A stretch of DNA of 64,000 bases, taken from assembly GCA_951406725.2 (NCBI GenBank), contig OX597819.1, forward strand, positions 31,496,001-31,560,000. Direction: 5' to 3'. Positions 26,421 through 39,120 of this stretch are shown here, in pieces. Below the pieces are notes generated by a model. The model was not told the DNA's origin and made no database searches. It was given only the letters and a program-made list of their open reading frames with translations. The DNA comes from Octopus vulgaris (Eukaryota). The first letter of the stretch is position 1. Each line of letters begins with the position of its first letter. The translations under genes were made by a program, and so were the position numbers.

Positions 26421-26689
26421 GTATCCATGATTATCTTACATTTTAGTAACTATTTGAAATGTTGAAGATTTTGTCGTCATCATTCAGAACCAAACCATTA
26501 CTTCCAGTTTAGGAATCATATCCATAAGGTCCCTAGAAATACCAGTTAAATCTCCCTCATTTTAACGAATGCATTCTTATGAAAGGAACGAAGCCATTAA
26601 ATAATGCGCTCCTGTATAGGTATATATACCGTATGGACGGAACCCCTTTGGTAATAGATTGAAATTAAGCTAGGAGACACAAGAACATT

Positions 26690-27048
26690 TGGAGCACCGC
26701 CTTTAGTCGAGCAACTCGACCCCGGAACTTATTCGTTGTAAGCCTAGTACTTATTCTATCGGTCTCTTTTGCCGAACCGCTAGGTGACGGGGACGTAAAC
26801 ACACCAGCATCGGTTGTCAAGCAATGCTAGGGGGACAAACACAGACACACAAACACACACATACACATATATATATACATATATACGACAGGCTTCTTTC
26901 AGTTTCCGTCTACCAAATCCACTCACAAGGCATTGGTCGGCCCGGGACTATAGCAGAAGACACTTGCCCAAGATGCCACGCAGTGGGACTGAACCCGGAA
27001 CCATGTGGTTGGTTAGCAAGCTACTTACCACACAGCCACTCCTGCGCC
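26690..27048 (-). mobile_element. SINE-A lacking its 3' tail
   Basis: Intact head at 27048; stops at GGTGCTCCA; flanked by a 73-bp direct duplication. Confidence 0.9.
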
Positions 27049-27329
27049 TATATGTACCGTATGGACGGAACCCCTCTGGTAATAGATCGAAATTAAGCTA
27101 GGAGACACAAGAACATTTGGACCTATTATAAATAACAGCCAGACCACCCTTAAATTACAGTTTGCCGTCCTAAAGAGAAAGAACATTGGGTAATGTAGTT
27201 CTAGATACATAATGGCTGGGAGAAGGACGAGATGGGCATTGTTGGGACGCCTTTGCTTGTAAGTTTGCTCAATCGGGGATGAGCTGGCGCTATGACAGCA
27301 GCAGCAGCAGCAGCAGCAGAAACTATACA

Positions 27330-27593
27330 ACAACGATGACAACGACGACTGTCGCCGCCGCCGCCACCCACCACCACCACCACCACCACCACCACCATCA
27401 CCACCACCACCATCGCCATCATCACCACCACCACTACCATCGCCACCACCACCACCACCATCATCACCACCACCATCGCCATCATTACCACCACCACTAC
27501 CATCACCACCACCACTACCATCGCCACCATCACCACCACCACCACCACCACCACCATCGCCATCACCACCACCACCACCACCACCACCACCAC
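27330..27593. repeat. (CAC/CAT)n trinucleotide repeat
   Basis: Directly visible; source of the poly-His pseudo-ORF. Confidence 0.9.
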
Positions 27594-27682
27594 TTCCAAG
27601 AATTCTTGTCCACGCTTGTGTTAGAAATGTTAAAAGTCATATGAAATACTATAGTTGTTCTTTTCATCTATTTAGCTTTAGC

Positions 27683-27721
<39 letters not shown>

Positions 27722-27861
27722 CTCTCTCTCTCTTTCTTTCTCCCCCCCTCATACGCATATGTATAATTAACTGCGTGTTTGTATATGTATATATATTTAT
27801 TCCATACACGTTTTCAAATACAATTTTTTCAAATGCAATTTTTCATCTGTCAAGCTTTATC

Positions 27862-27942
<81 letters not shown>

Positions 27943-28260
27943 ATTCATACACACTCAGACACAGACACACATTTACACACCCACCCTCATACATTCAGAC
28001 ACATTTACATAAAAAACATGCATACATACAAATATGACAGACAGACCTACCTATATAACATAACTTCAATTTATATTGCACCATTTCCTTTGTCATGTTA
28101 TCATCTATAATCTCTGTCTGCCTGTCTCTCCCTCCCCCCTCTCTCTGTCTCTCTCTTTCTTTCTGCTGTTTTTTCTACCTATTATATTCTCCTCTATACA
28201 TCTACCTTCCTTTCGTTCTCTCACCTTTTCATAGTACTTTACATTTATTCTCCTTCTTTC

Positions 28261-28328
<68 letters not shown>

Positions 28329-28543
28329 CTTCTCTCTCTCTACTTTTTCTTACCATTCTTATTTCCTCATTCATTCTTTATCTTTAATCATTTCCCTCGC
28401 CACCATCTCTCAGCTAATAACATTATATTCAGATGATGTTCTATTTTATCCGTCGTTCTTTTTTTTTTCCACTTCTCTTCATCTCCACCGCCCAATTCGA
28501 TTTGATTTTCTTTTTAAACATCCTTTCTCACCTCTGTCTGTTA

Positions 28544-28592
<49 letters not shown>

Positions 28593-28660
28593 CCTCTCTA
28601 TCTATCTATGCCTGCTTTTTTTTGATTGTCTGCCTCTCTCTGTCTCGCCCCATCTCCCTC

Positions 28661-28727
<67 letters not shown>

Positions 28728-28776
28728 CTCTCTATCTATCTATGCCTGCTTCTCTCTGTCTCGCCCCATCTCCCTC

Positions 28777-28862
<86 letters not shown>

Positions 28863-28899
28863 GTCAGTCTGTCTGTCTGCCTCTTACCTATTGATTTCT

Positions 28900-29165
28900 T
28901 TAATTGCTTCCTGGATACAATATTTACTGAGGTGAAGGGGGAGGAGTTATATTTTAGATTCGAAAGCATAACTTATAGGAAGATGAGAATGAAGATGAAA
29001 TTGAGAAGGATGAGCGAGGAGACAGGGCAGATCCCCTTCCCCAGTGCCCTTTTCAGAGTATTTCGAGACAGGTGGCAAGAAATGTGGATGATACCTTCGG
29101 GGTGGAGAACTTATCTGGATGCTTATAACAACGTGGACATCATTAAATGTACCTTGGAACAAGAT
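28900..29165 (+). pseudogene. Possible highly decayed Penelope-like RT fragment
   Basis: Broken motifs in order LYFRFES..Y, RNVDDTF, NNVDIIKCTLEQ, resembling PLE YF.F....Y / RYVDDTF / IKFT.E.E. Confidence 0.4.
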
Positions 29166-29849
29166 CCAACGAGCTTTTACGCAGTTTCTGTGTATCAAAT
29201 TTCATAGTCAAGCTTTTTGCCGATCCAAGTCTTGTATGATATACGAATATAATACATGTCCAAAATGCTATGCTTTAGTATCGAACTCAAAACCCTATGA
29301 ATACGAAGCGAATTTCTTAACTACATACCCCATGCCCGTCTACCAAAATTGAAAGATATAGTTTTCGTCGATCCGAAAGTTGTATTCAACAGTACACTAA
29401 AGTGCTACGCTATGGGACAAGGATCGACCTTGAAACCCTATGGTTACGAAGCGATGTTCTTAACTACTCAACATTTTTTCTAGTTTTCCGCTTCAATGTT
29501 CAAATCTGAAATCCATCAACGGGTGGGGGTGGGGATGGGGTATTGTAGGGGTAAAATAAGTTATATACTTGATGTGGTGAGGTGATAGTGAGTAGGTCCA
29601 GCGTCAATTTAGTCGATAACTCTACTTTCATAAAGAAACTGAATTGTTTTAGCAACTAACCAAAAGAAATCAGCAGTAAACATGAATGGATTTGATCTTT
29701 GATTTCAGACGTGTACAGAGGTAGTACTTATGGTGTTTGGCAAAGAGATAGCACCTTTGGTGTTTTACAGTTGGACTCTTACCAGGGATGGTCAGGTGGA
29801 CTATCACTGGTGGACCATCACTGGTTCTTATTCAACTTTCAATCTCTCA

Positions 29850-31080
29850 CTTGATGGTTGCTAACACCGCACCTCATCGTGAAGAAAAGCATCTTGTTTT
29901 TCGCTCATATCCTTTAAATCTTAAGAAGGTCTTGCAGATGTTTATAATCTCAGATATCGCGATCATTAATAGTGTATGAATGAAATATTTACGTTCTCTC
30001 CCCAATAACCCAAGCTCAACCATTCTTTGCTCCAGGTGGGTTGGTATATATCCTGTTACTGAAAGCTGGTACGAAGCTGAAAGTGTATCTAGGATACTCG
30101 ATTTGCAAACTCCTTATTTATGGTCCATTGATGTCCACTTTCTCTTGTATTTTTCTAACCATTTTTGTGTCCAGAGAGCAGCAAATTTCCGCAACTGAAC
30201 ATATATTTTCCATGTAGTCCTACACAATGCAATCTGGTCGGTTGTCTCTTAAACTGGTGGCTGTTTTAATTTTTAAGTTCCACCAAATTCTTTTGACTTG
30301 CTGTCTCAATATAGTCAACTTCGTTTCTAGGTGTTTTATTTTTTGTTATATTGTTCCAGACCATTCAGGTCATCGCATCATGCCTCATAAAAAAATATCT
30401 GAAAAATGTTCTCTCGCAGTTGGCAATAATGTGGTTGATATCTTCAGTGTTGGTCTTGCACAACCCACATTTGTTATCTCTCAACGTTTTCTCCCTCATA
30501 TGCTATAAGTACTTGGTGGAGAATCTTTTGTTCTTGAATTGCATGGAAGTTGCCTTCAAAGTGGGATGTGATAAACTTGTTGATACACTATGCCAACCTT
30601 TAACATGATCAAGCGCTTCTACGGTTCGCGTTTTTCGTGACAAGTACCCACGTACTATCTTCTCAGTAAACCGGTCAATTTATTTACTTTGTTCTAATGA
30701 TAAATAGAACCAATGCTCCTTGGCGAGAGATCTGCATCAACTCTTATTTCATACCTTTTCTCTTGTTCATTAGCTATCCTAATTATATTATTGATTTCAT
30801 GCTCCCAAACTTGGACAAGATAATTGCTGGTCTCTTTCTTCTGCTGCAGATGTTGTTTCAGTGTCACAACGCGTACTTCATATGACATCAATACAGATTT
30901 GAGACTACGGCCACCAACATTGCGTGGGAAGATACCACATCTATATATCCATTAATGTTGAAGTCTCCTGTAACACTGAATAACTTGCGAGGTCGAACAT
31001 CTATCTCACTGAATTCTTATAGTGACCAGTTCAGATGGCCAAATGTAGGTGTGAGGACAGGCACTGCAAAGGTGTCGTGG
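29850..31080 (-). mobile_element. Second R4-like RLE non-LTR retrotransposon, 3' fragment (decayed)
   Basis: Minus-strand motifs YLP..GGR.L, GLCKTNTEDINHIIANC (CCHC), RDNRPDCIV (RLE PD motif). Boundaries approximate. Confidence 0.7.
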
Positions 31081-32179
31081 ACAATATGCTTGTTCATGTA
31101 AAAGTCGATTCCCTATTTTTTGGCCAAAAAATTAAGAATTTTCCATAGACCCTATATTTCACGAACAACATTTGTGGGTCATAGTACAGTATTATTCTGT
31201 ACGTAGATATAACACTATTACAAAATTGTGTGGCTACCTTACTGTGGCCTACTCTATCGGTGGAATACCTGGTGCTTGCAATTGGATGCTCGGTGCTTAT
31301 AGTAAAACACCATTTAATAGCGAGTACTACACATTTGTTGATAGGTGCTACCTCACCGTTACTAAAATGTATGCACAGGATATGCCGCAAGCCAGCATAC
31401 ATCTTCAAGCTCAATAAACACATGCGTCATACACTCGTTGTTTACATGGTGAGAAACGGGTTTCACAGATAGCATTATTGGCCAACACTGGCAAACGCCA
31501 GTCTGAATTCGTACAAAGGTATGACTTTGGTAAGCCTTAAAACATTCGAGTAATTGCTAGATCAGTAGTTTCCATGCGACCCTTATATTTTCCTCATCTC
31601 CATATACAATAAACATGCGTCATACGCTCGTCTGTTTACATGGTGAGAAATATGTTCCACAGACAGCACTATCGGCGAACAACAGCAAACACCACTGTAC
31701 GACTTCGTAGAGAGGCATGACTTCGGTAAGCCTATAAACATTTAGTTAATCGCTAGCTCAGTGGTTCCCTAATTTTTTTTGCCGCGGAATCATTCGACAT
31801 TATTTTTTAAAATGTGGAACCCTTGATAACTTTCAGGGCACACTGAGGTTTTGCAGAACACACTTTGGGAATCTCTACTCCAGATTAACAACTCTACATC
31901 AAATTATGGACATTTACTGGTAACGGCACATGACATCCTGCAGCTTTTTTTGAAACACCGAGTAGGTATCAGCTGTATGCACCGTACTACGGTAGGTGAT
32001 ATAACATAATTATGAGACATAATTAATTTCGTTCAGTTAGTTTGATGGATACAAATAAAAGAGAAAGTGTAAATATTTTTAAGAGCTATGCGGTCTTGTG
32101 TATGGGTTTTTGTAATTTACTAGGACGTATGTTTTGATGCATAGAATTGGTAATATAACTGTAATTCGTTGTATTTTTG

Positions 32180-32234
<55 letters not shown>

Positions 32235-32402
32235 TTTCTACTAGAGGCACAAGGCCTGAAATTTTGGGTGGCAAGCCTCGTTGTTTACATTACATCGACT
32301 CTAATGCTTGACTGGTACCTATTTTATCGGGTCTGATAGAAGGAAAGGCAAAGGGGACCTCGGCGGAAATTTGTATATATATACACATGTATATACATAT
32401 AT

Positions 32403-32472
<70 letters not shown>

Positions 32473-32476
32473 GAAG

Positions 32477-32528
32477 GAGCTTCTACAGACTAGTACTGTT
32501 TCATTCAAGAGAAATCTTCAGGAAGCTC
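32477..32528 (-). ncRNA. Type I hammerhead ribozyme motif
   Basis: Reverse complement GAGCTTC-CTGAAGA-TTTCTCTTGAAT-GAAA-CAG-TACTAGT-CTG-TA-GAAGCTC: 7-bp stem I, stem II TTC/GAA, stem III ACAG/CTGT, GUA triplet. Confidence 0.72.
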
Positions 32529-32537
32529 AGAGCTTCA

Positions 32538-32590
32538 GAGCTTCCTGAAGATTTCTCTTGAATGAAACAGTACTAGTCCTGTAGAAGCTC
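32538..32590 (+). ncRNA. Type I hammerhead ribozyme motif
   Basis: GAGCTTC 32538-44 pairs with GAAGCTC 32584-90; CTGAAGA 32545-51; GAAA 32564-67; GTA 32581-83. Confidence 0.72.
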
Positions 32591-32885
32591 CTTCTATATA
32601 ATAAATTAATTTTACTCTGCTATGTATTGAGTACCTTACTTACTGTGGTTAACCCCGAATCAACCCGGGACCTACATATATATATATATATATATGCATA
32701 TATATATATATATGCATATATATATATATATGCATATATATATGTATATACACACACATATATATATATGCATATATATATGTATATACGTATGTATATA
32801 TATATATATGCATATATGCATATATATATGCATATATATATATGTATATACATATATATATATATGCATATATATATGTATATAC

Positions 32886-32935
<50 letters not shown>

Positions 32936-33000
32936 CTATCTATATATGTATATATATATATATGTGTATATATATATATGTATATATGTATATATATATA

Positions 33001-33055
<55 letters not shown>

Positions 33056-33173
33056 GCATATATATATACATATATACATACATATATATATACACGCATA
33101 TATATATACATACGCATATATATATATACATATATACATACATATATATATACACGCATATATATATACATAT

Positions 33174-33232
<59 letters not shown>

Positions 33233-33434
33233 AAACACACATACACACACACATATATATATACAGGCATAGGCGCGCACTTGGCGGTGTGGTAAGAAAT
33301 TTGCATCCCAATCATATGGTTTCAGATTCAGTTCCACCGCATGGTATCTTTGGGCGAGCGTTTTCTGCTATAGCTTCGAGCCAACAAAAGCGTTGTGAGT
33401 TGATTTGATAGACAGATACTGAAAGAAGCCGTCG

Positions 33435-33502
<68 letters not shown>

Positions 33503-33664
33503 ATATGTGTGTGTGTGTGTGTGTGTTCCAGTCTCAACATTTTCTTTGTTAAAATTTTATATAGCACTCTGCTTAAAGGCAATGAGCGATCCTTCATATT
33601 TGCTTTTATACTCAACAATATATATATACACATATTCATATATATACATATATATAAATATACG

Positions 33665-33723
<59 letters not shown>

Positions 33724-33837
33724 TCAATAAAGAACTTTGGAAGTCCGCTTACAACCTGAATTTGCTTTTTATAAAATTATCTCCGATACTTCATGAGTGT
33801 AGCCTCACCCACTAAGATGTTTGGAGAACTCATATGT

Positions 33838-33930
33838 GTTTTAGCTGATGAGTACGGGACACTTGTATTTGCTGCAATATTTGCAGCTTTTAATAAAGCC
33901 TGTCTTTGTATGAAACAATTGTACTAAAAA
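33838..33930 (+). ncRNA. Type I hammerhead ribozyme motif with extended stem II
   Basis: Stem I TTTTAG/CTAAAA; CTGATGA 33845-51; stem II GTACGGGACA/TGTCTTTGTAT with inner hairpin GCTGCAA-TAT-TTGCAGC; GAAA 33912-15; palindrome CAATTG; GTA triplet. Confidence 0.78.
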
Positions 33931-34172
33931 ACTAATCCATTCTTGTTGCTTTTTTCTCGTTTATAATCACCCCACATTATTGTATGGTTAATACCATATA
34001 GTTTTTCTGGTGCATCTAAGTTAAGTACCGCATTCAAGTGAATTCATTTGAACTGACTTGAATCTTAATTGCTTTTACTGTATATATATGCACATATACA
34101 TACATACTTACACACACTCATATATATATATACACGCACACATACATGCATATGTATATACATATATACGTA

Positions 34173-34971
34173 TCTGTAATATAAATTGGACCTGGGCGAT
34201 CGTTGTATTCTTTCCTGTCTTGAGGTTCAAGTTTTCTAATGGAATTCCCCTGTTTGTTCCGCCATTAAAATAACCAGTTGCTCACACAGCCGGCATATAC
34301 CATTTCGCTAGCAACAAAGGGAATACAGGATGACACTCAGCCAAAACTTTCGCTATGCTGTCTCTCTTCTTTCACCTCTTTGTGGCGTTAATAATCTTAA
34401 TCTTTAGTTACAGTTTCTCATACAAACTACATAATAGGTAGAATTGTCGGATTAAGACAGTAGGGTGTATTGAAGACTTTCTCTCTCACACACATGCGCA
34501 AGCACGCACGCACGCACACACGCACACACACATACACACACACGCACACATACACGCACACACACACACACATACACACACACACACACGCCCATTTCAT
34601 ACATCTTCTTTCAAATTCTGCTCTCTGCAAATAAAATTTTTACAGATACAACTGTTTACAAAAATAAGGATTAATGTATAATTTCTTTCTATGTTCATAA
34701 TTAAATCAATGTTTTATTATGATTAGACAGAGGTTCAGTAGAATAGCTCTCAGAAATAGACTACGTACAAATCGTTCTTCGCAACTTCTGAAGCTGTTTT
34801 CTGACAAGGGGTGGGGGAGTCAGGAAATTTTCATACATCTGGAGGCTCCAATTGAAACAGGGGGACCCGAAATGATAAGGTTGAAAACCGGTGTTATAGA
34901 TTATGCCTAACCGAAAACGATCACAGCTACATCATCCAAACAGACCGAGTGAAGCCGGGCTTAGCTGCTAG
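34173..34971 (+). mobile_element. Probable non-autonomous Helitron-like element
   Basis: 3' end CCG-AGTGAAGC-CGG..GCTGCTAG|T resembles the end at 15481-15509; candidate 5' A|TCTGTAATATAAAT is less certain. Confidence 0.5.
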
Positions 34972-35030
<59 letters not shown>

Positions 35031-35120
35031 AATCCAAACGGGAAAACAGAAAAACAACAACACGTGGAACAATTACAGTATTATTATTAATAGGCGCTCA
35101 GGAAAGATGGAAGCAGGAAG

Positions 35121-35157
35121 GTATGACGTTTCGAGCGGAGCTCTTCGTCGGAAACAT
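35121..35157 (-). ncRNA. Minimal hammerhead-like motif (variant core) in a PLE pseudo-LTR-like fragment
   Basis: Reverse complement ATGTTT-CCGACGA-A-GAGC/TCC/GCTC-GAAA-CGTC-ATAC; palindromic ACGT stem III, GUC triplet; U4 to C change, weak stem I. Confidence 0.5.
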
Positions 35158-35889
35158 AAAGATGGAAGAGAGAGGAAAGAAAGATCCCGAGGTGGGCAAA
35201 CAGAGGGAGAAAAATAAAACGACTGGTGTTTACGAAGTACACATGGTGAAAGGCGGAAGTTTACGATAACAAGAGCAAAGTAGGTTTTTAAAGCCAAAAG
35301 AGTGGAGACAGGGTTGGTAACGCAACAGATGTGTGTGTATGTGTGAGTGTGTGCGTGTGCGTGTGTGTATGTGTGTGTGAGGCGAGATAAAAAACAAAAA
35401 AATATATGTATATGTTAGTGTGTGCGTCTGTGTGTAGGCGTGTGAGGTAGGGCGAAACAGTAGTAGGCATAGCAGACAGTGGTCAGTAGTAAAAAAATGA
35501 AGGAAGGAGGAAGGGAGGGAGGGGAAGGGGGTGGGGGCGTATGTAACGTGCCAGTGTGTGTGTTGAGTGGTAGTGTGTGTGTGTCCACTGTCGTAGTTGT
35601 ATGTATGGCGAGTAGATTTGAAGTGTGTGTAAGAGTAATGTATATATTTAAGCAAATGTGTGTGTGTGAGTGGGTGTATGTATGTGTGCGCGTGTGTGTA
35701 CAAAAAAGGGGGGGGGGGGGGGTATAAGGAAAAAGGACTCCAGCTGAGGGGAAGATGGAAGAGTGGTCCCGCGGAGACGGGCGTGGGAGTACCCAACGAC
35801 AGGCGACGGCCCCAGAAACGAGCCGGAGATCTCGTCGGGTCCAAGAGCGAGGTGCATGCATGCGCGTATGCGTGCGCGAGCCGGGGCAA

Positions 35890-36907
35890 GCGCGTGTGTG
35901 CGCGCGCCTGCGAGTGTGTGTGTAAGTATGTGTGTGTGTGGATGTGTGAGTGTGTCTGTGTGTATGTCTGGGTGTCAGTGTGTCCGATGAATGTATGTAA
36001 GTATGTGTGTATATATGTGTGTGCATAGATGTATGTCCGTGTGTGTGTGTGTGTGTGTATGTGTATGAGTGTGTATGTATGTACGTGTGTGTGTGGAAGT
36101 GTGTGTATGTGCATGTGTGCGCGCGTACATGCAGGTGTGTGAGTGAGTGTGTGTGTGTGTATGTATGTGTGAGTGTGTATGTATGTGTGTGTAGGATGCA
36201 TGTATGTGTATGGGTGTATGTATGTGTGTGTGTATGTATGTATGTGTACGTGCGTGTGTGTGTGTGTATGCATGTATGCATGTATGCGTGTAGGTGTGCG
36301 CGTGTGCATGCATGCATGCATGTGCGTATGTGTGTGTGTGTGTGTGTATGCATGTGTATGTAGGTGTGTGTGTACGTGTGTAATGTATGTGTGTATGCGT
36401 GTGTGTGCGTGTGTATGCGTGCGTGTGTGTATGTAGGTGCGTATGTATGTGTGTGGGAGTGTAGGTGTGTGTGTGTGTGTGCGTGTTTATGTTGGTGTGT
36501 GCGTATGTGAGTGTGAGTGTATGGGTGTTTGTCATGCATGTGTGTGCGCGTGCAGGCGAGTGTGTGTGTAAGTATGTGTGTGTGTATGTTTGTGTGAGTG
36601 TGTATGTGTGTATGTCTGTGTGTATGTATGTGCGTATAGGAGTATGTAGGTATGTGTGTGTGTATGTGTATGGGTGTATGTATGTATGTGTGTGTGTGTG
36701 TGCATGTGTATAAGTATATGTGTGTGTGCGTATGTGTGTGTATGTGTATGTGTGTGTGTTTATGTATGTGTGTATGTATGTGTGTAGGCGTGTGTGTGTA
36801 GATGTATGAATGTATGGGTGTGTGTCTGTGTGTGTTTGTGTGTGTGTGTAGGTAGGTGTGTGTGTCTGAGTGAGGGTATGGCTGTGTAGGTGTGTGTGTG
36901 TATGTGT

Positions 36908-36940
<33 letters not shown>

Positions 36941-37130
36941 TGTGTGTGTGTATGGGTGTATGTCTGTGTGTGTGTATGTCTGAAGTAGGTATGTGTGTGT
37001 ATGTATGTATGTGTGTGTGTGTGCGGGTGTGTGTGTGTGTGTATGTGTGTGTGTGAGTAGGTGTGCGTGTATGTATGTGGGTAGGGATGCATGCGTGTGT
37101 GTGGGTATGTATGTATACATACGCACGCAT
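35890..37130. repeat. Cryptic (TG/TA)-rich simple sequence
   Basis: Directly visible; produces the long HT/CV pseudo-ORFs. Confidence 0.9.
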
Positions 37131-37171
37131 ATCCGGGTGTAGGGGGTTTATCCGGGATTTCTTGAAGGAAA

Positions 37172-37222
<51 letters not shown>

Positions 37223-37243
37223 TATGTTATTTATATATATATA

Positions 37244-37316
<73 letters not shown>

Positions 37317-37664
37317 AGAGAGAGAGAGAGAGAGAGAGAGAGGCATACACACACATGTTTATATAAAACAAATATTTATATACGAACATACAAGCATACA
37401 CTTACACATATTTATGTACGTGTGTGTGTATATATATATATATTCTTATACAAACACAACTGAATATTAACTTAGCCATTGGTTAATATTCAACATTCAT
37501 TTAAAAATAACAACGCACCTGCTTGTATGATCAATCCTGTATCTCTTATATGTAAGGTGAACGTGCTCACCATTAACTCAACAAAAGGTGCGACTTGCCC
37601 TCTCGGTTTAAGCTTTAAATATTTCATCTGTTTTGCGTGGCATTGACCTTGTCTAACAGAATTG

Positions 37665-37696
<32 letters not shown>

Positions 37697-38063
37697 CTTT
37701 TCCGACGTGTTTTTTTTCTCTCTTCTATCTTTTCTCTTTTCAAAACAAAAAAAAGTCTCTCCCAGCGTTCACTAGTTTCCTCTCGTTCTGGTCTAACGAC
37801 TCTCCACGTTTGTCTCCGTTCGCTTTCCTTGTTGTATGTTTCCACTCATGTTTTTGTTTCCGACTTTGACCCTCCATAAATCGTAAATTTTATTTTAGAA
37901 TTTATGGGAGCAGCTGTCCTTGAAGACTCATATTGTCGGTGAATGCTCGAAATGAGGAGTAGATAGACAGCCGATAACTGATGAAGGGTCCTTTCCCTGG
38001 GTTTACTGGTCCTGTTTTCCATTTTTTCTTGTTGTTTAGGTATTTCAAGTTATTTCCAAGTAA

Positions 38064-38130
<67 letters not shown>

Positions 38131-38445
38131 TAAACACATATGTATATATATATATACAAAATTAGAAAATGGAGAAACATACTTAAATCAATCAAACATC
38201 AACCATCAGATAATACCCAATCAATACTTTATTACACCATTACATAACAGCAAAGACATTATACAAAATATATTGTAAATATAATTAGACAAGGAAATAT
38301 AAATATAAAATATAATTACATCATATCTGACAGCTGTTTCGACACATATGTATATATATATATACATACAATATATATGTATATGTATATATATGTATGT
38401 ATATGTACGTGTATGTGTGTGTATATATATATATACATGTATATT

Positions 38446-38479
<34 letters not shown>

Positions 38480-38494
38480 TATATACATATATGT

Positions 38495-38815
38495 GGAGGC
38501 ACAATGGCCCAGTGGTTAGGGCAGCGGACTCGCGGTCGTTGGATCGTGGTTTCGATTCCCAGACCGGGCATTGTGAGTGTTTATTGAGCGAAAACACGTA
38601 AAGCTCCACGAGGCTCCGGCAGTGGGGGGTGGGGTGGGTGGCGATTCCTGCCGAACTCTTTCGCCACAACTTTCTCTCCCTCTTTCTTCTGTTGGCCTAC
38701 TCGCTTAGCCAAGCGGGGTGGCGTCATTTGAAGGCTAAAGCAATGCGAACCGCATTGTGACCAGCGATGCGTAGCACCATCTGATAGCCTGGCCGGTCAC
38801 GGTGATCACGGTGAT
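38495..38815 (+). mobile_element. tRNA-derived SINE, third family (SINE-C)
   Basis: A box TGGCCCAGTGG, B-box-like GTTTCGATTCCC, unique body, tail TCACGGTGATCACGGTGAT; inserted in (TA)n. Confidence 0.8.
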
Positions 38816-38840
38816 ATACATATATATATATTTATATATA

Positions 38841-39050
38841 TACGAGTGTGTGCTGGAAATTCCTCACTTTGGGTAAAAGAAAATACAGGATGATCAGTTA
38901 ATTATCATTTTATTCTCCTCTCAGATTCATACACTTATTGCATTAGTCCTTCAGATTTTCTAAGCCTTGTAAAAGAACTCGGAAGGTTGGCCTCCAGCGA
39001 GGCGTTTCACGATGCCCTTGAGGCCAGGAACTTTTCAGCGACTCCTCATG
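38841..39050. mobile_element. Mariner-like MITE
   Basis: Imperfect TIRs TACGAGTGTGTGCTGGAAATTCCT / AGGAACTTTTCAGCGACTCCTCATG. Confidence 0.55.
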
Positions 39051-39065
39051 TATGTATGCATGTAA

Positions 39066-39119
<54 letters not shown>

Positions 39120-39120
39120 C

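Larger units (their letters stand above)
32465..32604. repeat. ~140-bp palindrome next to (TA)n
   Basis: Arms 32465-32528 and 32538-32602 are reverse complements apart from one extra C; 9-nt spacer AGAGCTTCA. Confidence 0.95.

Noticed and set aside
27201-27644. Poly-histidine protein ORF
   Set aside because: A trinucleotide microsatellite like the others in the window; no supporting gene structure.
35230-37130. Long ORFs of 363-571 aa rich in H/T/Y
   Set aside because: Translations of cryptic (CA/TA) simple sequence, open in several frames, with no domain content.
37978-38065. CTGATGAAG hammerhead 5' box (also CTGACGA near 50894)
   Set aside because: No properly placed GAAA, stem III or cleavage triplet follows; at most truncated or decayed remnants.
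38495-38570. tRNA gene
   Set aside because: A and B boxes are present, but the acceptor stem does not pair well and the sequence continues into a SINE body and tail.
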